From: Halobacteriovoraceae bacterium
GTDB taxonomy: Bacteria > Bdellovibrionota > Bacteriovoracia > Bacteriovoracales > Bacteriovoracaceae
NCBI GenBank assembly: GCA_963719505.1
Contig: CAVRCF010000001.1
Coordinates: forward strand, 896,001 to 960,000
DNA: 64,000 nucleotides
Direction of reading: 5' to 3'
Part shown: positions 31,645 to 41,725 of the stretch, piece after piece
Numbering within the stretch: position 1 is the stretch's first letter
Layout: every line of letters begins with the position of its first letter
The notes under the pieces: model-generated
Database searches by the model: none
What the model was told of the DNA's origin: nothing
What the model saw: only the letters and a program-made list of their open reading frames with translations
Made by a program: the position numbers and the translations under genes

Positions 31645-31811
31645 ATAAATATAATACAGCGCAACTTAACTGCGCCCTTAACCTAATCGGTTGTTATTAG
31701 GAAAAATAAACAGTAAAATGAGAATTATTTAATATTTTGCACCTAATTTATTGAAATTACTGAGAACTCTGGGCACAATATTTAGATAGATTTTAATTGA
31801 ATAGAGGCTAA

Positions 31812-32924
31812 ATGATAATTATTGATAAGCAACATGAATTGGCAGATTTTCTCCAAAACATCCAGTTTGATGGTTTGGGAGTGGTAAAGCTGGATAAGGT
31901 CTCTTTTGAGCTTAGCTCATCTGTTATTGACGAGGTTACTATTATTCATAGTGATGTCCTTAAATCTTTAAATTCTTCATCACTGGCGAGACTCTCAGAG
32001 CTCACGCTATTATTAGTCTTTCAAAAAGACTCTACAGAGGACATAAACTTAATTGATAATATTGTGGATATCATAACACCCCAAACTCCCAAAAGACTTT
32101 TTGAAAACAAGATAAACCTTCTTACTGACCTTATAAAAGAGCGGCAGGTATTGAAGTCTCAGTTGATCACCATAAATAATGAGCTGACGGAAACGATGGG
32201 AAATGTTGAAGTGGAGCTTTTGAAAATAAAAAAAATCTACGAGAAAAAAGCGCCAAAAAGATTTAATGATTTAAAGGGAATTCAAGTTTTCAGCAAGTAT
32301 TCAGCCGGCGAAAATATTGGTGGAGAGTTCTTCGATATATTTGTTGACGGTAATCAGGCTTTTGTTGTGATGAGTTCAACTTCATCCTATCTTGCCTCTA
32401 GCATGATCCTGAAACTTTTCGCCGACTTTAAAGCTGAAGGTGTCATCGGTAAGAAAGAGGTTCAGGATTTTATAGAGGATACCAAATCGAATATAAACGA
32501 GTTGAATACCACGAAAAAGAAAGAGATTGAAATCCATCTTTTTACTGGAATTGTGGATTTTAACAAACACTCTATTGAGGGAAATATATTTGGGGATTTT
32601 AAAATACTCAGTTCAAAAGTGAAACAAAACCCAAGGGAATCTATCCCACTACTCTCTGGAGATTTTGTTGCAAGTGCTTTTGCGAAAGATTTTCAAAGAG
32701 AGGAGAGAATACTTCTGTGTTCTCCAGGTTTTTTAAAAAATTGGAAAAAACTAAATCCAGAATTTATGATGGAAGAACTAATGATGGATAAAAAAATAAA
32801 GCCTATTGATGTATTAGATGAAGCATTTTTTCAATTAAAGAAAGATGCAACAGGTCCTTTCTTGTCATATGATGCATCGGCAATCTTCATGGAGGTTAGA
32901 AAAAATGCAATGGTCGAAGTTTAG
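31812..32924 (+). CDS. Degenerate SpoIIE/PP2C-like domain protein
   Basis: Coiled coil followed by IGGEFFD, LLCSPG and YDASAI (metal-binding Asp residues partly lost). Confidence 0.6.
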   Translation: MIIIDKQHELADFLQNIQFDGLGVVKLDKVSFELSSSVIDEVTIIHSDVLKSLNSSSLARLSELTLLLVFQKDSTEDINLIDNIVDIITPQTPKRLFENKINLLTDLIKERQVLKSQLITINNELTETMGNVEVELLKIKKIYEKKAPKRFNDLKGIQVFSKYSAGENIGGEFFDIFVDGNQAFVVMSSTSSYLASSMILKLFADFKAEGVIGKKEVQDFIEDTKSNINELNTTKKKEIEIHLFTGIVDFNKHSIEGNIFGDFKILSSKVKQNPRESIPLLSGDFVASAFAKDFQREERILLCSPGFLKNWKKLNPEFMMEELMMDKKIKPIDVLDEAFFQLKKDATGPFLSYDASAIFMEVRKNAMVEV

Positions 32925-33612
32925 TGTTTTACTATTATTACTTTTCAGCCTTTCTGCTTTAGGACAGGAGCGGTTCACATCTGTTCAATGTTTAAACTCA
33001 AACTTTGAAACTTCAGTCAAAAATGAAGGGAAGTTCTTTGGACTAGTGAAAAATGACTTACTCATCAAAAAAGAAAAGTGCTTGGTTGAGGTTACATTCA
33101 AAGGAATTTTGGAGACTGTATGGGTTGTTGATATTTGTCGAGAGCCGATCCATATGAAGGTGAAAAGCAAAGGCAGCCAAAGTGTTTATAAAAGAAAAGC
33201 CATGTGCAATAAAGAAGATAAGTCAGATTACTGCTATTTTAGAGATGAATTAATTTTAAATCTTCAAGATCAGGGGCTTATTTTTGCAAAAGGGCTAAAA
33301 GAGAATCTCTCCGATGCTCATGGACAAGTTTACTGCTCTTATTTGTTGCTAAAAAAGTACTTGGATGAAGGCCATCTTTTTTCTCAGTACGATAAAGAAG
33401 TGGATCTTTATAAAAAGGGAAATGATAAAGGTTGCGAGGTTGTGAAGGATTCTAAACCAGAGTACTCAACTCAGGAGCCGGTCAAAGGATCCCTTCGAGA
33501 TCAATTAGATGACAAAAAGCGAAAGAAAAAGTCAGATTTAGACAAAAGTGTAGAAAACTACACAATTCCCGAGACAAAAGGTGATATAAAGAAAGATGAG
33601 CCTCGGTTCTAA
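32905..33612 (+). CDS. Secreted Cys-rich hypothetical protein
   Basis: GGAGG RBS, signal peptide, multiple Cys. Confidence 0.7.
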   Translation: MQWSKFSVLLLLLFSLSALGQERFTSVQCLNSNFETSVKNEGKFFGLVKNDLLIKKEKCLVEVTFKGILETVWVVDICREPIHMKVKSKGSQSVYKRKAMCNKEDKSDYCYFRDELILNLQDQGLIFAKGLKENLSDAHGQVYCSYLLLKKYLDEGHLFSQYDKEVDLYKKGNDKGCEVVKDSKPEYSTQEPVKGSLRDQLDDKKRKKKSDLDKSVENYTIPETKGDIKKDEPRF

Positions 33613-33664
33613 TTAATGTCTAACTTTTTGGCGTTGATAAAACACCATAACTGTCGATAATAGG

Positions 33665-33952
33665 TTGATGATGATTAAACATTTTGTCACATTCTTCGTT
33701 GTTGCTTCGCTTTTTTTGTGGATGCCAACTGTTACTGTGAAGAAGGACCTTCGTGGGATGGCAAACACAATCGTCGAAATTGTAGAATTGGTTGAAGAGT
33801 ACCAAGGTAATTCAGATCTTGATGAGAAAATCGTTCTCGATTACTCTGATGAAGTTAGCATAGAAAAATTTTGTGATTACAAAGAAGATATCAAATTTAT
33901 ATCGTCTCAGACGGCCTTTGAGGTCTTCACACCACCTCCAGACAAAGCCTAA
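33665..33952 (+). CDS. Small membrane protein ending in FTPPPDKA, putative leader of carbonic anhydrase
   Basis: N-terminal hydrophobic helix, acidic middle, C-terminal polyproline. Confidence 0.65.
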   Translation: MMMIKHFVTFFVVASLFLWMPTVTVKKDLRGMANTIVEIVELVEEYQGNSDLDEKIVLDYSDEVSIEKFCDYKEDIKFISSQTAFEVFTPPPDKA

Positions 33953-34060
33953 AAACATTTTCAAACTGTTACTTTCAGTTCTTTAATAAGCGATTTGAAA
34001 ATAATTTCAATTGATTAAGTTTATACATTTACTAATAACTAATTTACCCAAGGAGTCGAA

Positions 34061-34645
34061 ATGACAGCTAACAAAGGTTACAACAACTACAAAACGAAAA
34101 CTCTTGCGTCCATCAAGGATTCAATCAATGGTATCAGTGCTGGTCAAAGTCCTGAAACTCTTTTTATTACGTGTTCAGACTCGAGAATCATGCCTAATCA
34201 ACTTACAGACACAAAACATGGAGAGCTTTTCGTTATTAGAAATGCTGGGAACTCTGTTCCATCTCAAAGAGAAGTAGAAGGAAGAGGGGACTCTGATGCT
34301 GCGACTGTTGAGTATGCTGTCAAAGCTCTTGGGGTAAAAGAAATTGTCGTGTGTGGACATAGTAACTGTGGGGCCATGGGAGCTTTATGCTCTGGAGTTG
34401 ACGCTTCATTGGTTAATATCAATACATACTTAAAAAGACTTGATCCTCTAAAGGCGACGTTTACTGAAAAGACAACTGTTGAAGAAGCTATTAACGAAAA
34501 TATCAAATATCAACTAAACAATCTTATGACATATGATTTCGTCAAAGAGGCAGTAGAGGCAGGTAAGTTATCTCTCTTGGGATGGATGTATAACCTCGAT
34601 AGTGGAGAAGCAGAAGAGATTCATTCAATCTCGAATAATAATTAG
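34061..34645 (+). CDS. Beta-carbonic anhydrase
   Basis: CSDSR, GELFVIRNAGN, EYAV, CGHSNCGAM. Confidence 0.96.
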   Translation: MTANKGYNNYKTKTLASIKDSINGISAGQSPETLFITCSDSRIMPNQLTDTKHGELFVIRNAGNSVPSQREVEGRGDSDAATVEYAVKALGVKEIVVCGHSNCGAMGALCSGVDASLVNINTYLKRLDPLKATFTEKTTVEEAINENIKYQLNNLMTYDFVKEAVEAGKLSLLGWMYNLDSGEAEEIHSISNNN

Positions 34646-34730
34646 AAATTTAATGATTGAGATAAAAAGCTATCTTGTTTTACGGATAGCTTAATTTAGT
34701 CTTTGATTATTCTCATTCACTTGTTAAGTC

Positions 34731-34767
34731 AGCGCTTCCTGTTCTATAAAGGAGGCGCTTTTTTTTT
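34731..34767 (+). terminator. Rho-independent terminator
   Basis: AGCGCTTCCT...AGGAGGCGCT hairpin followed by a T-run. Confidence 0.75.
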
Positions 34768-34942
34768 CGTTTAAACAACTTCATTTTTTTATTGTCAGTT
34801 GAACTGTTGAGAAAGTAAGTTTTTTTAGATTGAGTTGATAGACTATTAAAATATGTCGCCTTAAACAAAGTCTTTTTGATTCAACTTGTCTATTTCGGTC
34901 AAAAGCTTATTTCGAAATTTTTCTTTCAGTAGTAACTATTCT

Positions 34943-35761
34943 TCACTCCAATCGACTGAAAATACTAAAAATTCCAAGACCAACTGTCAATAAGAAGACT
35001 AGCCCTAAGCACACCTGATAAAGATTGAGAACGGACCTGTGCTCATCGGTTTTACTCGTTAGAGAAAGCAATAGAAAAAAGAGGGACGACATAAATGGAA
35101 AGAGAAATGCATAGTGGCCGTTTGCAAGGAAAATGACTTGGGCAAAAACTCCACCAGTAATAAAGCTGAGTAAGATATTTATACGCATTTTTAAGTCTTT
35201 AAATTCTTTTGCTTGTCTCTTTTTATCTCTTACAAAGAAAAGGTAAAGATTTGTCCCTACATCAGTGGAAAGTCCTGTCATATGAGTAGGTTTTAAGAAT
35301 CCTCCTGTTGCGAGGGAAGATGAAGAGTTTTGAATACCACAGCAGAAAGAGAGGAGAAAAAGCATAAAGGTGTGGGAAAGTTTAATATACGTCTCTGAGT
35401 TCGTGATTAGATCAAGCTCTGATAGGGTTAGTACTATCCCGAAAAAAATAAACTTAACGAACATAACTAAAGAGAAATTTGTATTCTCTCCTTTTTCTTC
35501 TTTGTGTTTTATATGAAAACCTGAGAATCCAGCGCCAAGAATAAAAGACAAAAGTATAATAGTAAATGTAATGAAAATTTTAGGGTCTAATTCCGCCACA
35601 CCCATACCGATCATTGTGGAAGTTCCGGTGACATGTGATACAAAATACCCAGCTGAAATATTAAAAGCGGCAGCATTTATATATCCAGCCTGAAAAGGAG
35701 CCAACAAATACAAAAAATGGATATAGCTTTCACTGTATGCAGTTCTATCTAATTTAATCAT
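34943..35761 (-). CDS. YoaK/DUF1275 membrane protein
   Basis: AGYINA, FVSHVTGT, GIQN, THMTGLSTD.G motifs. Confidence 0.88.
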   Translation of the reverse strand: MIKLDRTAYSESYIHFLYLLAPFQAGYINAAAFNISAGYFVSHVTGTSTMIGMGVAELDPKIFITFTIILLSFILGAGFSGFHIKHKEEKGENTNFSLVMFVKFIFFGIVLTLSELDLITNSETYIKLSHTFMLFLLSFCCGIQNSSSSLATGGFLKPTHMTGLSTDVGTNLYLFFVRDKKRQAKEFKDLKMRINILLSFITGGVFAQVIFLANGHYAFLFPFMSSLFFLLLSLTSKTDEHRSVLNLYQVCLGLVFLLTVGLGIFSIFSRLE

Positions 35762-36070
35762 TTAGAGACCTCTTAATTTTACTACTTTCTTTGGAAAATA
35801 ACTTATTTTACATCTAAATAATTATATTGTCACATGAGGAAACTATGAAAACTAATAATTGTCTAATGGATAAAAGAGTTTAAGCCATGAAGCAGATTGT
35901 CAGAGGGGGCAAAAATATTAGGTCTGAAGAGATTTTTATAATTTAAGTCAAGGTGCTATATGTGCTTGATTTTAAATTTTGTAAGTGTTTTGATTTATGA
36001 TATTCATCAAAGAGAAATAAACAATTGATAACGTGGAAATTTGTTAGTAACGAGTAGCATTTTTTATATT

Positions 36071-36140
36071 CTCTCAGTTGGATTGAGTTGAGCTTTGTCC
36101 AACTGAGAGCTGCTCACAAATTGAAGTGGACAAAGCTCAA
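36071..36140. repeat. Two interleaved perfect inverted repeats (12 bp and 14 bp)
   Basis: CTCTCAGTTGGA 36071-82 pairs with 36098-109; TTGAGCTTTGTCCA 36088-101 pairs with 36127-140. Confidence 0.85.
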
Positions 36141-36241
36141 AAGTCATAAAAATCTAAAATTATAGGTTGGAGTATAATGTCTTTATTACTTATCCCACAA
36201 TAAAAAATCTTTAACTTCATCAATGTGATGGAGCCAAGCTT

Positions 36242-37375
36242 TTAAAAGGCTTTTTCTAAGTCTTCGATTAAATCTTCAACATCTTCAATCCCAACGCTTA
36301 GCCTAATGAGATTATCGTGTATCCCAATTTCTTCTCGAATATTCTTTGGTACTGATGCATGAGTCATAATTGCAGGGTGCTCAATGAGAGATTCCACGCC
36401 GCCTAAACTTTCGGCAAGAGCAAAAAGTGAGACCTTTTCTAAAAATCTTTTTGATTCTTTGAGGCCACCTTTTAAAAAGAACGTAATCATTCCACCAAAA
36501 CCACTCATCTGCTTTTTTGCAATGTTGTGTTGAGGGTGGGATTTAAGACCGGGGTAGATGACTGACTCAACCTTTGGGTGGGCCTCTAGATACTTGGCAA
36601 TTTTAATAGCATTCTTTTGATGAGCTTCCATTCTGATCGCAAGAGTCTTTATCCCTCTAAGAACAAGCCACGAGTCAAAAGGGGATTGGCTTGGACCAAT
36701 TGAGTTTTGAAGGGTCAACACCTTATCAAAGAAAGGCTTACTATTTGTCATTAAGGCGCCGCCGACAACATCGGAATGACCATTTATATATTTTGTCAAA
36801 GAGTGAACCACGACATCAGCTCCTAGCTCCAAAGGCTTTTGAAAGTAGGGAGACATAAAAGTATTATCGACGAATGTTTGAACTTTATAAGCTTTGGCCA
36901 AGTCACAAACTTTTGTTATATCCGTTATTTTCAACATGGGATTGGTCGGAGTTTCAAGCCAAATAATCGAGGGCTTGAATTCTTTCATTTGCTTTTCGAC
37001 GAGTTTTAAATCCGTTGTATCAATAAACTTTATATCGTGAATCTCATTAAAGACTGTGGTGAATAGTCTATAGGTTCCACCATAAACATCATCACCACAA
37101 AGCACGCGAGATCCCTTAGGGAGAGAATGCATGATAAGAGTCATGCAAGAGAGTCCAGAAGCCGTAACAAGGCAATGCTTAGCGCTTTCAAGGCTTGCTA
37201 AGTTTGTTTGAAGCCTCGTTCTGGTGGGATTATGGCTTCTTGTGTACTCGTACCCATTATGTTTTCCAGGACTTTTTTGCACATATGTTGAAGTTTGAAA
37301 GATCGGAGGCATTATTGCCCCTGTCTCCTTGTCGGGTTCACCACCAACATGAATAACTTTCGTTGAAAATTTCAT
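36242..37375 (-). CDS. Cystathionine gamma-lyase/synthase (PLP-dependent Cys/Met metabolism family)
   Basis: YEYTRSHNPTR, DVYGGTYR, VDNTF, HSLTKYINGHSD, LAESLGGVESL. Confidence 0.95.
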   Translation of the reverse strand: MKFSTKVIHVGGEPDKETGAIMPPIFQTSTYVQKSPGKHNGYEYTRSHNPTRTRLQTNLASLESAKHCLVTASGLSCMTLIMHSLPKGSRVLCGDDVYGGTYRLFTTVFNEIHDIKFIDTTDLKLVEKQMKEFKPSIIWLETPTNPMLKITDITKVCDLAKAYKVQTFVDNTFMSPYFQKPLELGADVVVHSLTKYINGHSDVVGGALMTNSKPFFDKVLTLQNSIGPSQSPFDSWLVLRGIKTLAIRMEAHQKNAIKIAKYLEAHPKVESVIYPGLKSHPQHNIAKKQMSGFGGMITFFLKGGLKESKRFLEKVSLFALAESLGGVESLIEHPAIMTHASVPKNIREEIGIHDNLIRLSVGIEDVEDLIEDLEKAF

Positions 37376-37389
37376 TTTCTCTATTTTTT

Positions 37390-38433
37390 TTATATGAGCT
37401 TCCCGTTATCACCAATGATATCTAAGATTTTGCTATCAAGATCATCTTTACTTGTTTCTAAAGTATAACCTTTCTCTCTCATCCAATCATCGTTAAAGAC
37501 TTTCCCAGCATATTTACTTCCGTGATCGTGAAGAAGAACAAGAATTCTCTCTGGCTTTTCAAGCTTTTCAGCATATCTAATTGCGGCCATTACAGCAGCT
37601 CCAGCTGATCCACCAGTATAGATACATTCCTCTTTAAGGAGCTTTCTAGTAAAGTGAAAAGATTCTTCATCTTCGACCATAAGAAATTGATCAATGACTT
37701 CCATTCTGACGTTTTTGGGAATGAAATCTTCTCCAATTCCCTCAAGGGCATAAGAGTGGGCTTCTCCCATTTTTCCCGTTTCATGATACTCTTTGAGAAT
37801 AGAGCCTTTACAGTCAACGCCAATGATCTTAACGTTCTCCATTTTTTCTTTTAAAAATTTACCAACTCCTGAAAGAGTTCCACCCGTACCAACGGGTGCG
37901 ATAAAAGTGTCAAACTGACCGCCCGTTTGATTATAGATTTCAGGACCTGTTTGTTGATAGTGACATTCTCTATTTGATTCATTGTCGTATTGATTGACGA
38001 AATAAGAATTGGGAAGCTTTGCCAGGCTTGCCGCAACTGAATAATAAGATCTTGGATCTTTTGGCTCAACATTTGTCGGGCACACGATAACCTTTGCACC
38101 ATAAGCTCTTAAAGCATCAATCTTTTCTTTAGACTGCTTGTCGGCCATAACAAAAACACACTTGTATCCATGCATATTTGCATAGAGAAGAATACCAATT
38201 CCAGTATTGCCTGATGTACATTCAACGATGGTTCCACCTGGTTTAAGATCACCTCTTTCAACAGCTTTCTCAATCATAAAAACACCCATGCGATCTTTTG
38301 TTGAGCCACCTGGGTTTAGCATTTCTAATTTTACATAAATTTCAGAATCTATATGTTTCGCTACATTTTGCAGACGAATTATTGGAGTGTTCCCAATTGC
38401 GCTGATGATGTTTGTGTTTTTAAACTTATCCAT
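37390..38433 (-). CDS. Cystathionine beta-synthase / cysteine synthase family
   Basis: NPGGSTKDR, TSGNTG, GTGGT, EGIGEDF; paired with the gamma-lyase. Confidence 0.93.
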   Translation of the reverse strand: MDKFKNTNIISAIGNTPIIRLQNVAKHIDSEIYVKLEMLNPGGSTKDRMGVFMIEKAVERGDLKPGGTIVECTSGNTGIGILLYANMHGYKCVFVMADKQSKEKIDALRAYGAKVIVCPTNVEPKDPRSYYSVAASLAKLPNSYFVNQYDNESNRECHYQQTGPEIYNQTGGQFDTFIAPVGTGGTLSGVGKFLKEKMENVKIIGVDCKGSILKEYHETGKMGEAHSYALEGIGEDFIPKNVRMEVIDQFLMVEDEESFHFTRKLLKEECIYTGGSAGAAVMAAIRYAEKLEKPERILVLLHDHGSKYAGKVFNDDWMREKGYTLETSKDDLDSKILDIIGDNGKLI

Positions 38434-38448
38434 TTTTTCCCCTTATCA

Positions 38449-39513
38449 TTAATTTAAATTTTCTTGTGTTTTTATTTTCCAAAGTTGTATGAGTTCAACG
38501 ACCTGCTCAGCGGCTGAAATTTTTATGATTTCTGGAAACTCTATCATATGTTTAAAATGTTTTTTTAGATCACTTTTTAAATTGTTTTCACGCTTCAAAA
38601 AGTCTTCTTTTAATGCATATTCTAAACTTTCACCGGGAGCGACTTCCCATTCATCGAGTCTTTTTTGAAGACATTTATTTAAAACGACATAGCTTTTATC
38701 ATTAAGAAAGTCTTTTGCACTTGAACTAAGGCTAAGAGCTTCTTTAATTTTATTTTGATCCACACTTGTAACAAGAAACCAGTTGGCTTGTTCAGGGTCT
38801 TTTAAGTCTTCTTGGAGTTTCAAAGCAGAGATGAAGACATCTTTTGTTTCATATATTGCACCGATGGCCTTCATGAAATCTTCAATGAATTTTCCACCAG
38901 TTACTTTTTGAAGGTATCCTAAAAGTTTTTTTACTCCGCTTGAGACGACCATTGTAAAGATTTTTTTCCCAGCCTTCATCTTTTGTTTTTCACCGTCACC
39001 AATATAGTTGAAGATATCGATAAAGCTTTGGTCAAAAAATGTTTGAATCTTAGAAGTACTTTCAAGAAAGTCTAGAAAGTGACTCCCCGGAGGAGTATCT
39101 AAAACAATGGTTTGGTAGATATCTTTATCAAGGTTTAGCTGAAGTTCAACAATGGAGAATATCTCATTGAGCCCACCATAAGGTTTGCTTAAAATCGATA
39201 AGATTCTATTATTTAAAACCGTCGGAGATCCTGTTTTATCAGATATTTTTTTTAAGGTTTTTGCTGGGTTCATTAGGAGGGCATCAAGACTTATCTCTTG
39301 GCCTTGGCCTAAAGGATTATTGATGGTCGTAACTTCTCCCGCCTCTTCGTCTTTTAAGCCCAAAAGATCTTTTAAACGCTTGGCTGGATCAATCGTAATA
39401 AGGAGAACCTTTCTTCCCTCGGAGGCTAATTGAATCGCTCGACTTGTAGCCATTGTAGTCTTTCCAACTCCACCGGTACCGCTGAATATTTCAAATTTTT
39501 TAATCAGATTCAT
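38449..39513 (-). CDS. ArsA/GET3-family ATPase
   Basis: GTGGVGKTT, TIDPAKRL, VLDTPP. Confidence 0.9.
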   Translation of the reverse strand: MNLIKKFEIFSGTGGVGKTTMATSRAIQLASEGRKVLLITIDPAKRLKDLLGLKDEEAGEVTTINNPLGQGQEISLDALLMNPAKTLKKISDKTGSPTVLNNRILSILSKPYGGLNEIFSIVELQLNLDKDIYQTIVLDTPPGSHFLDFLESTSKIQTFFDQSFIDIFNYIGDGEKQKMKAGKKIFTMVVSSGVKKLLGYLQKVTGGKFIEDFMKAIGAIYETKDVFISALKLQEDLKDPEQANWFLVTSVDQNKIKEALSLSSSAKDFLNDKSYVVLNKCLQKRLDEWEVAPGESLEYALKEDFLKRENNLKSDLKKHFKHMIEFPEIIKISAAEQVVELIQLWKIKTQENLN

Positions 39514-39521
39514 TGGGAATC

Positions 39522-40361
39522 TTATACTAAATTTTTCATTGAAGGTACAATGGAGTTTATAAGGCTTTGGCTTGTGGATTCAATAGAGTGGGCTATTGTT
39601 ATATCAATTTGTTTTTCGTGCTTTTTACAGAGCTCTTTTTCATTTTCAATTTTTTCTCGTAAAAAATCGGGGAGGGCTGCCCCCTCTATGTTATTGATAT
39701 CTTTATAGGTATTATTAACAATTAAGCTTGTCTCTATTTTTTGTATGGCTTGAAGCTTCGCTTCAAGCTCTATGCTTTCATTGATGGCCATTTGTGCGGG
39801 AAGAGCAACGATGTTTAGCTTCATGAAATTTTCTTTGTAGAGAAGGTCGATCATCTTTTTGGTATCTTCGAAAACGATACCAGCTTGGAAGATATCTCTG
39901 AAGTTATGCGTAGCTTCTAGCATCGTGAGAGCATGTCCAGAAGAGGGGGAGTCAAGCACGATAATCAGTGACGGGTCTTCATTAAGGAGCTCTAAAATTT
40001 GCCCGAGATAAATCAGATAATTGAATCCTGGAATCATATTAATTAAAGCTTTAAAGAATGGAGTTTTAATCACCCATTTCCCAAGTGTCTGGGACTTGAG
40101 CTTTTTGCCAATATAAATCTCTGCACTTTGGTTTAAGTTCAGAGGTAAGCAATCAATTCCAAGGCTTTGAGCCTCGTCTACAATAGCTTCCGATCGGGTG
40201 GGAGTATCACCAATTGAACTTGTTTGAAAGTAGGCGTATTTTGCTTTTTTATTTTGATCGCTTAGGTGTTTTACGAAAGCAAGAGATAGAGTTGTCTTAC
40301 CAACTCCACCTTTACCTGTAAAAATATAGAATCTTTTTAATTGGTTCAAGTCTTCAAACAA
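39522..40361 (-). CDS. ArsA/GET3-family ATPase (second copy)
   Basis: TGKGGVGKTT, LDSPSSGH. Confidence 0.88.
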   Translation of the reverse strand: MFEDLNQLKRFYIFTGKGGVGKTTLSLAFVKHLSDQNKKAKYAYFQTSSIGDTPTRSEAIVDEAQSLGIDCLPLNLNQSAEIYIGKKLKSQTLGKWVIKTPFFKALINMIPGFNYLIYLGQILELLNEDPSLIIVLDSPSSGHALTMLEATHNFRDIFQAGIVFEDTKKMIDLLYKENFMKLNIVALPAQMAINESIELEAKLQAIQKIETSLIVNNTYKDINNIEGAALPDFLREKIENEKELCKKHEKQIDITIAHSIESTSQSLINSIVPSMKNLV

Positions 40362-40949
40362 TTAGATTTGGTACATTGCTGTAAGCAATAGCTTAAAGTA
40401 TGAGCCTCTGATGTCATCAGTTTCTTCTTGTTTAATTTCAAAAGGCTTGTGGTACTGAGTCATGATTCCAATGATAACTTTATCATTAAGTCTCAAGTCC
40501 ATTCCGGCACCCAGATTAAACCCAAATGTGTTTTTCATATCAGATTTTTCGTCATCCTCTTTATCTTCTATTTGAGGAGCATAAAAACCAAGTCCACCTA
40601 AAATGAAGGGACTAAAAGCATCAAACTCATAAGAGCGAGCTTTAATACTCATAACATAACCAGTTAAATTCACCTTTTTCTCTTTATATTCGTGAGTTGA
40701 ATAGTGAATATTAACTAACACATCAAAAGAATAGCTGGCAGTATAGCTATAAAGGAAATCTCCAGTGATCTGATCGGCACCGTAGTTTTCAAATTGTCCC
40801 AAAAGAAAAGTTTGACCAAGGCCAATTCCTATAGCGTGTTTGTGAATTTCACGTTCAACGCTTGTCTCTTCTTTGGCAAATGAGTTTGTACTTAAAACAA
40901 AAAAACTCATGATCAAAAGGACCATGAGTTTTGAGATATGATTAAACAT
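40362..40949 (-). CDS. Small outer-membrane beta-barrel protein
   Basis: Signal peptide, amphipathic strands (PFILGGLGFY, FGFNLGAGMD). Confidence 0.8.
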   Translation of the reverse strand: MFNHISKLMVLLIMSFFVLSTNSFAKEETSVEREIHKHAIGIGLGQTFLLGQFENYGADQITGDFLYSYTASYSFDVLVNIHYSTHEYKEKKVNLTGYVMSIKARSYEFDAFSPFILGGLGFYAPQIEDKEDDEKSDMKNTFGFNLGAGMDLRLNDKVIIGIMTQYHKPFEIKQEETDDIRGSYFKLLLTAMYQI

Positions 40950-40972
40950 ATATTATTTCTCTTTTTTTATTA

Positions 40973-41383
40973 TTAGTTAAGAGTTGTAGGAGTTTCCATG
41001 TTGTTCATGTTGTTTGTGTTGTTCATGAAAACAGGAGCCATTTCTTCAACTGGCTTTTTCTCTTCAACGATTGCTTTAGGGAAGTCTAGACCCATTTCAG
41101 CTTCAAGACCTCTGATATAACCAGTAAGAGTTCCTTCTTCAGATCTAATAACTCTTTTAAGAAGTTCAGTGTCACCAGCTTTAAGTGACTTTCTTTCTTG
41201 GTCAGCTAGTAATTGAAGTTGAGTCGTATAAGTAATATCGTTTTTAGTTTTATTATCGATAACTTGGATTTCATTTCCTTCTCTAACGATTTGAGAAATC
41301 TCTTCTAAAGTTACGTAGCAAGATTGGAAAGTGTCATAAAGCTTTCTGTTTTGGTATCTTTTGATGATTCTAACGTCTTTCAT
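40973..41383 (-). CDS. PhaR-type (PHA synthesis regulator) DNA-binding domain protein
   Basis: IIKRYQNRKLYDT..SCYVTL...DNKT..DIT. Confidence 0.9.
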   Translation of the reverse strand: MKDVRIIKRYQNRKLYDTFQSCYVTLEEISQIVREGNEIQVIDNKTKNDITYTTQLQLLADQERKSLKAGDTELLKRVIRSEEGTLTGYIRGLEAEMGLDFPKAIVEEKKPVEEMAPVFMNNTNNMNNMETPTTLN

Positions 41384-41680
41384 TTTAGTTATCCCCTATT
41401 TTATTTTTCCCTTAAGTTAGTTCCTTAAGGCAGTTTACGTTAATATTTTATAAGGCCAGTTAGCTATAAATAAGAATTATCTATAAATAACGCTAGCGCT
41501 AATAATCTTGAGTGAACATGTAGTACACGAAGATACCGAGGGAAGTCAACCCACTAAGTCAAATAAACGTCAATTTTTTGAAACTTTAACGCAAATAAGT
41601 ATTTTTTATACGGTGCATAGTGTTGTTTTTACATGCCAATAGGCAAATATGACCGTTTAGAGCCGATTCAAGCACTTTTC

Positions 41681-41707
41681 TAAAATCAGCTCCTGGTCAG
41701 CCGATAA
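41681..41707 (+). promoter_or_regulatory. Sigma28 (FliA) promoter
   Basis: Exact consensus TAAA-15 nt-GCCGATAA. Confidence 0.8.
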
Positions 41708-41725
41708 GAGGATGTAGGCCTCTTT

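Noticed and set aside
35836-35946. RBS followed by very short plus-strand ORFs (MKTNNCLMDKRV*)
   Set aside because: Too short and interrupted; no support for a real peptide
40997-41027. AAC-rich tract on the minus strand as a candidate DGR template repeat
   Set aside because: It encodes the MNNTNNMNNM tail of the PhaR-like protein and lacks the invariant VR flanks (TGGTCTTCTTCGGTG, TCGGTTCGGTGCG)
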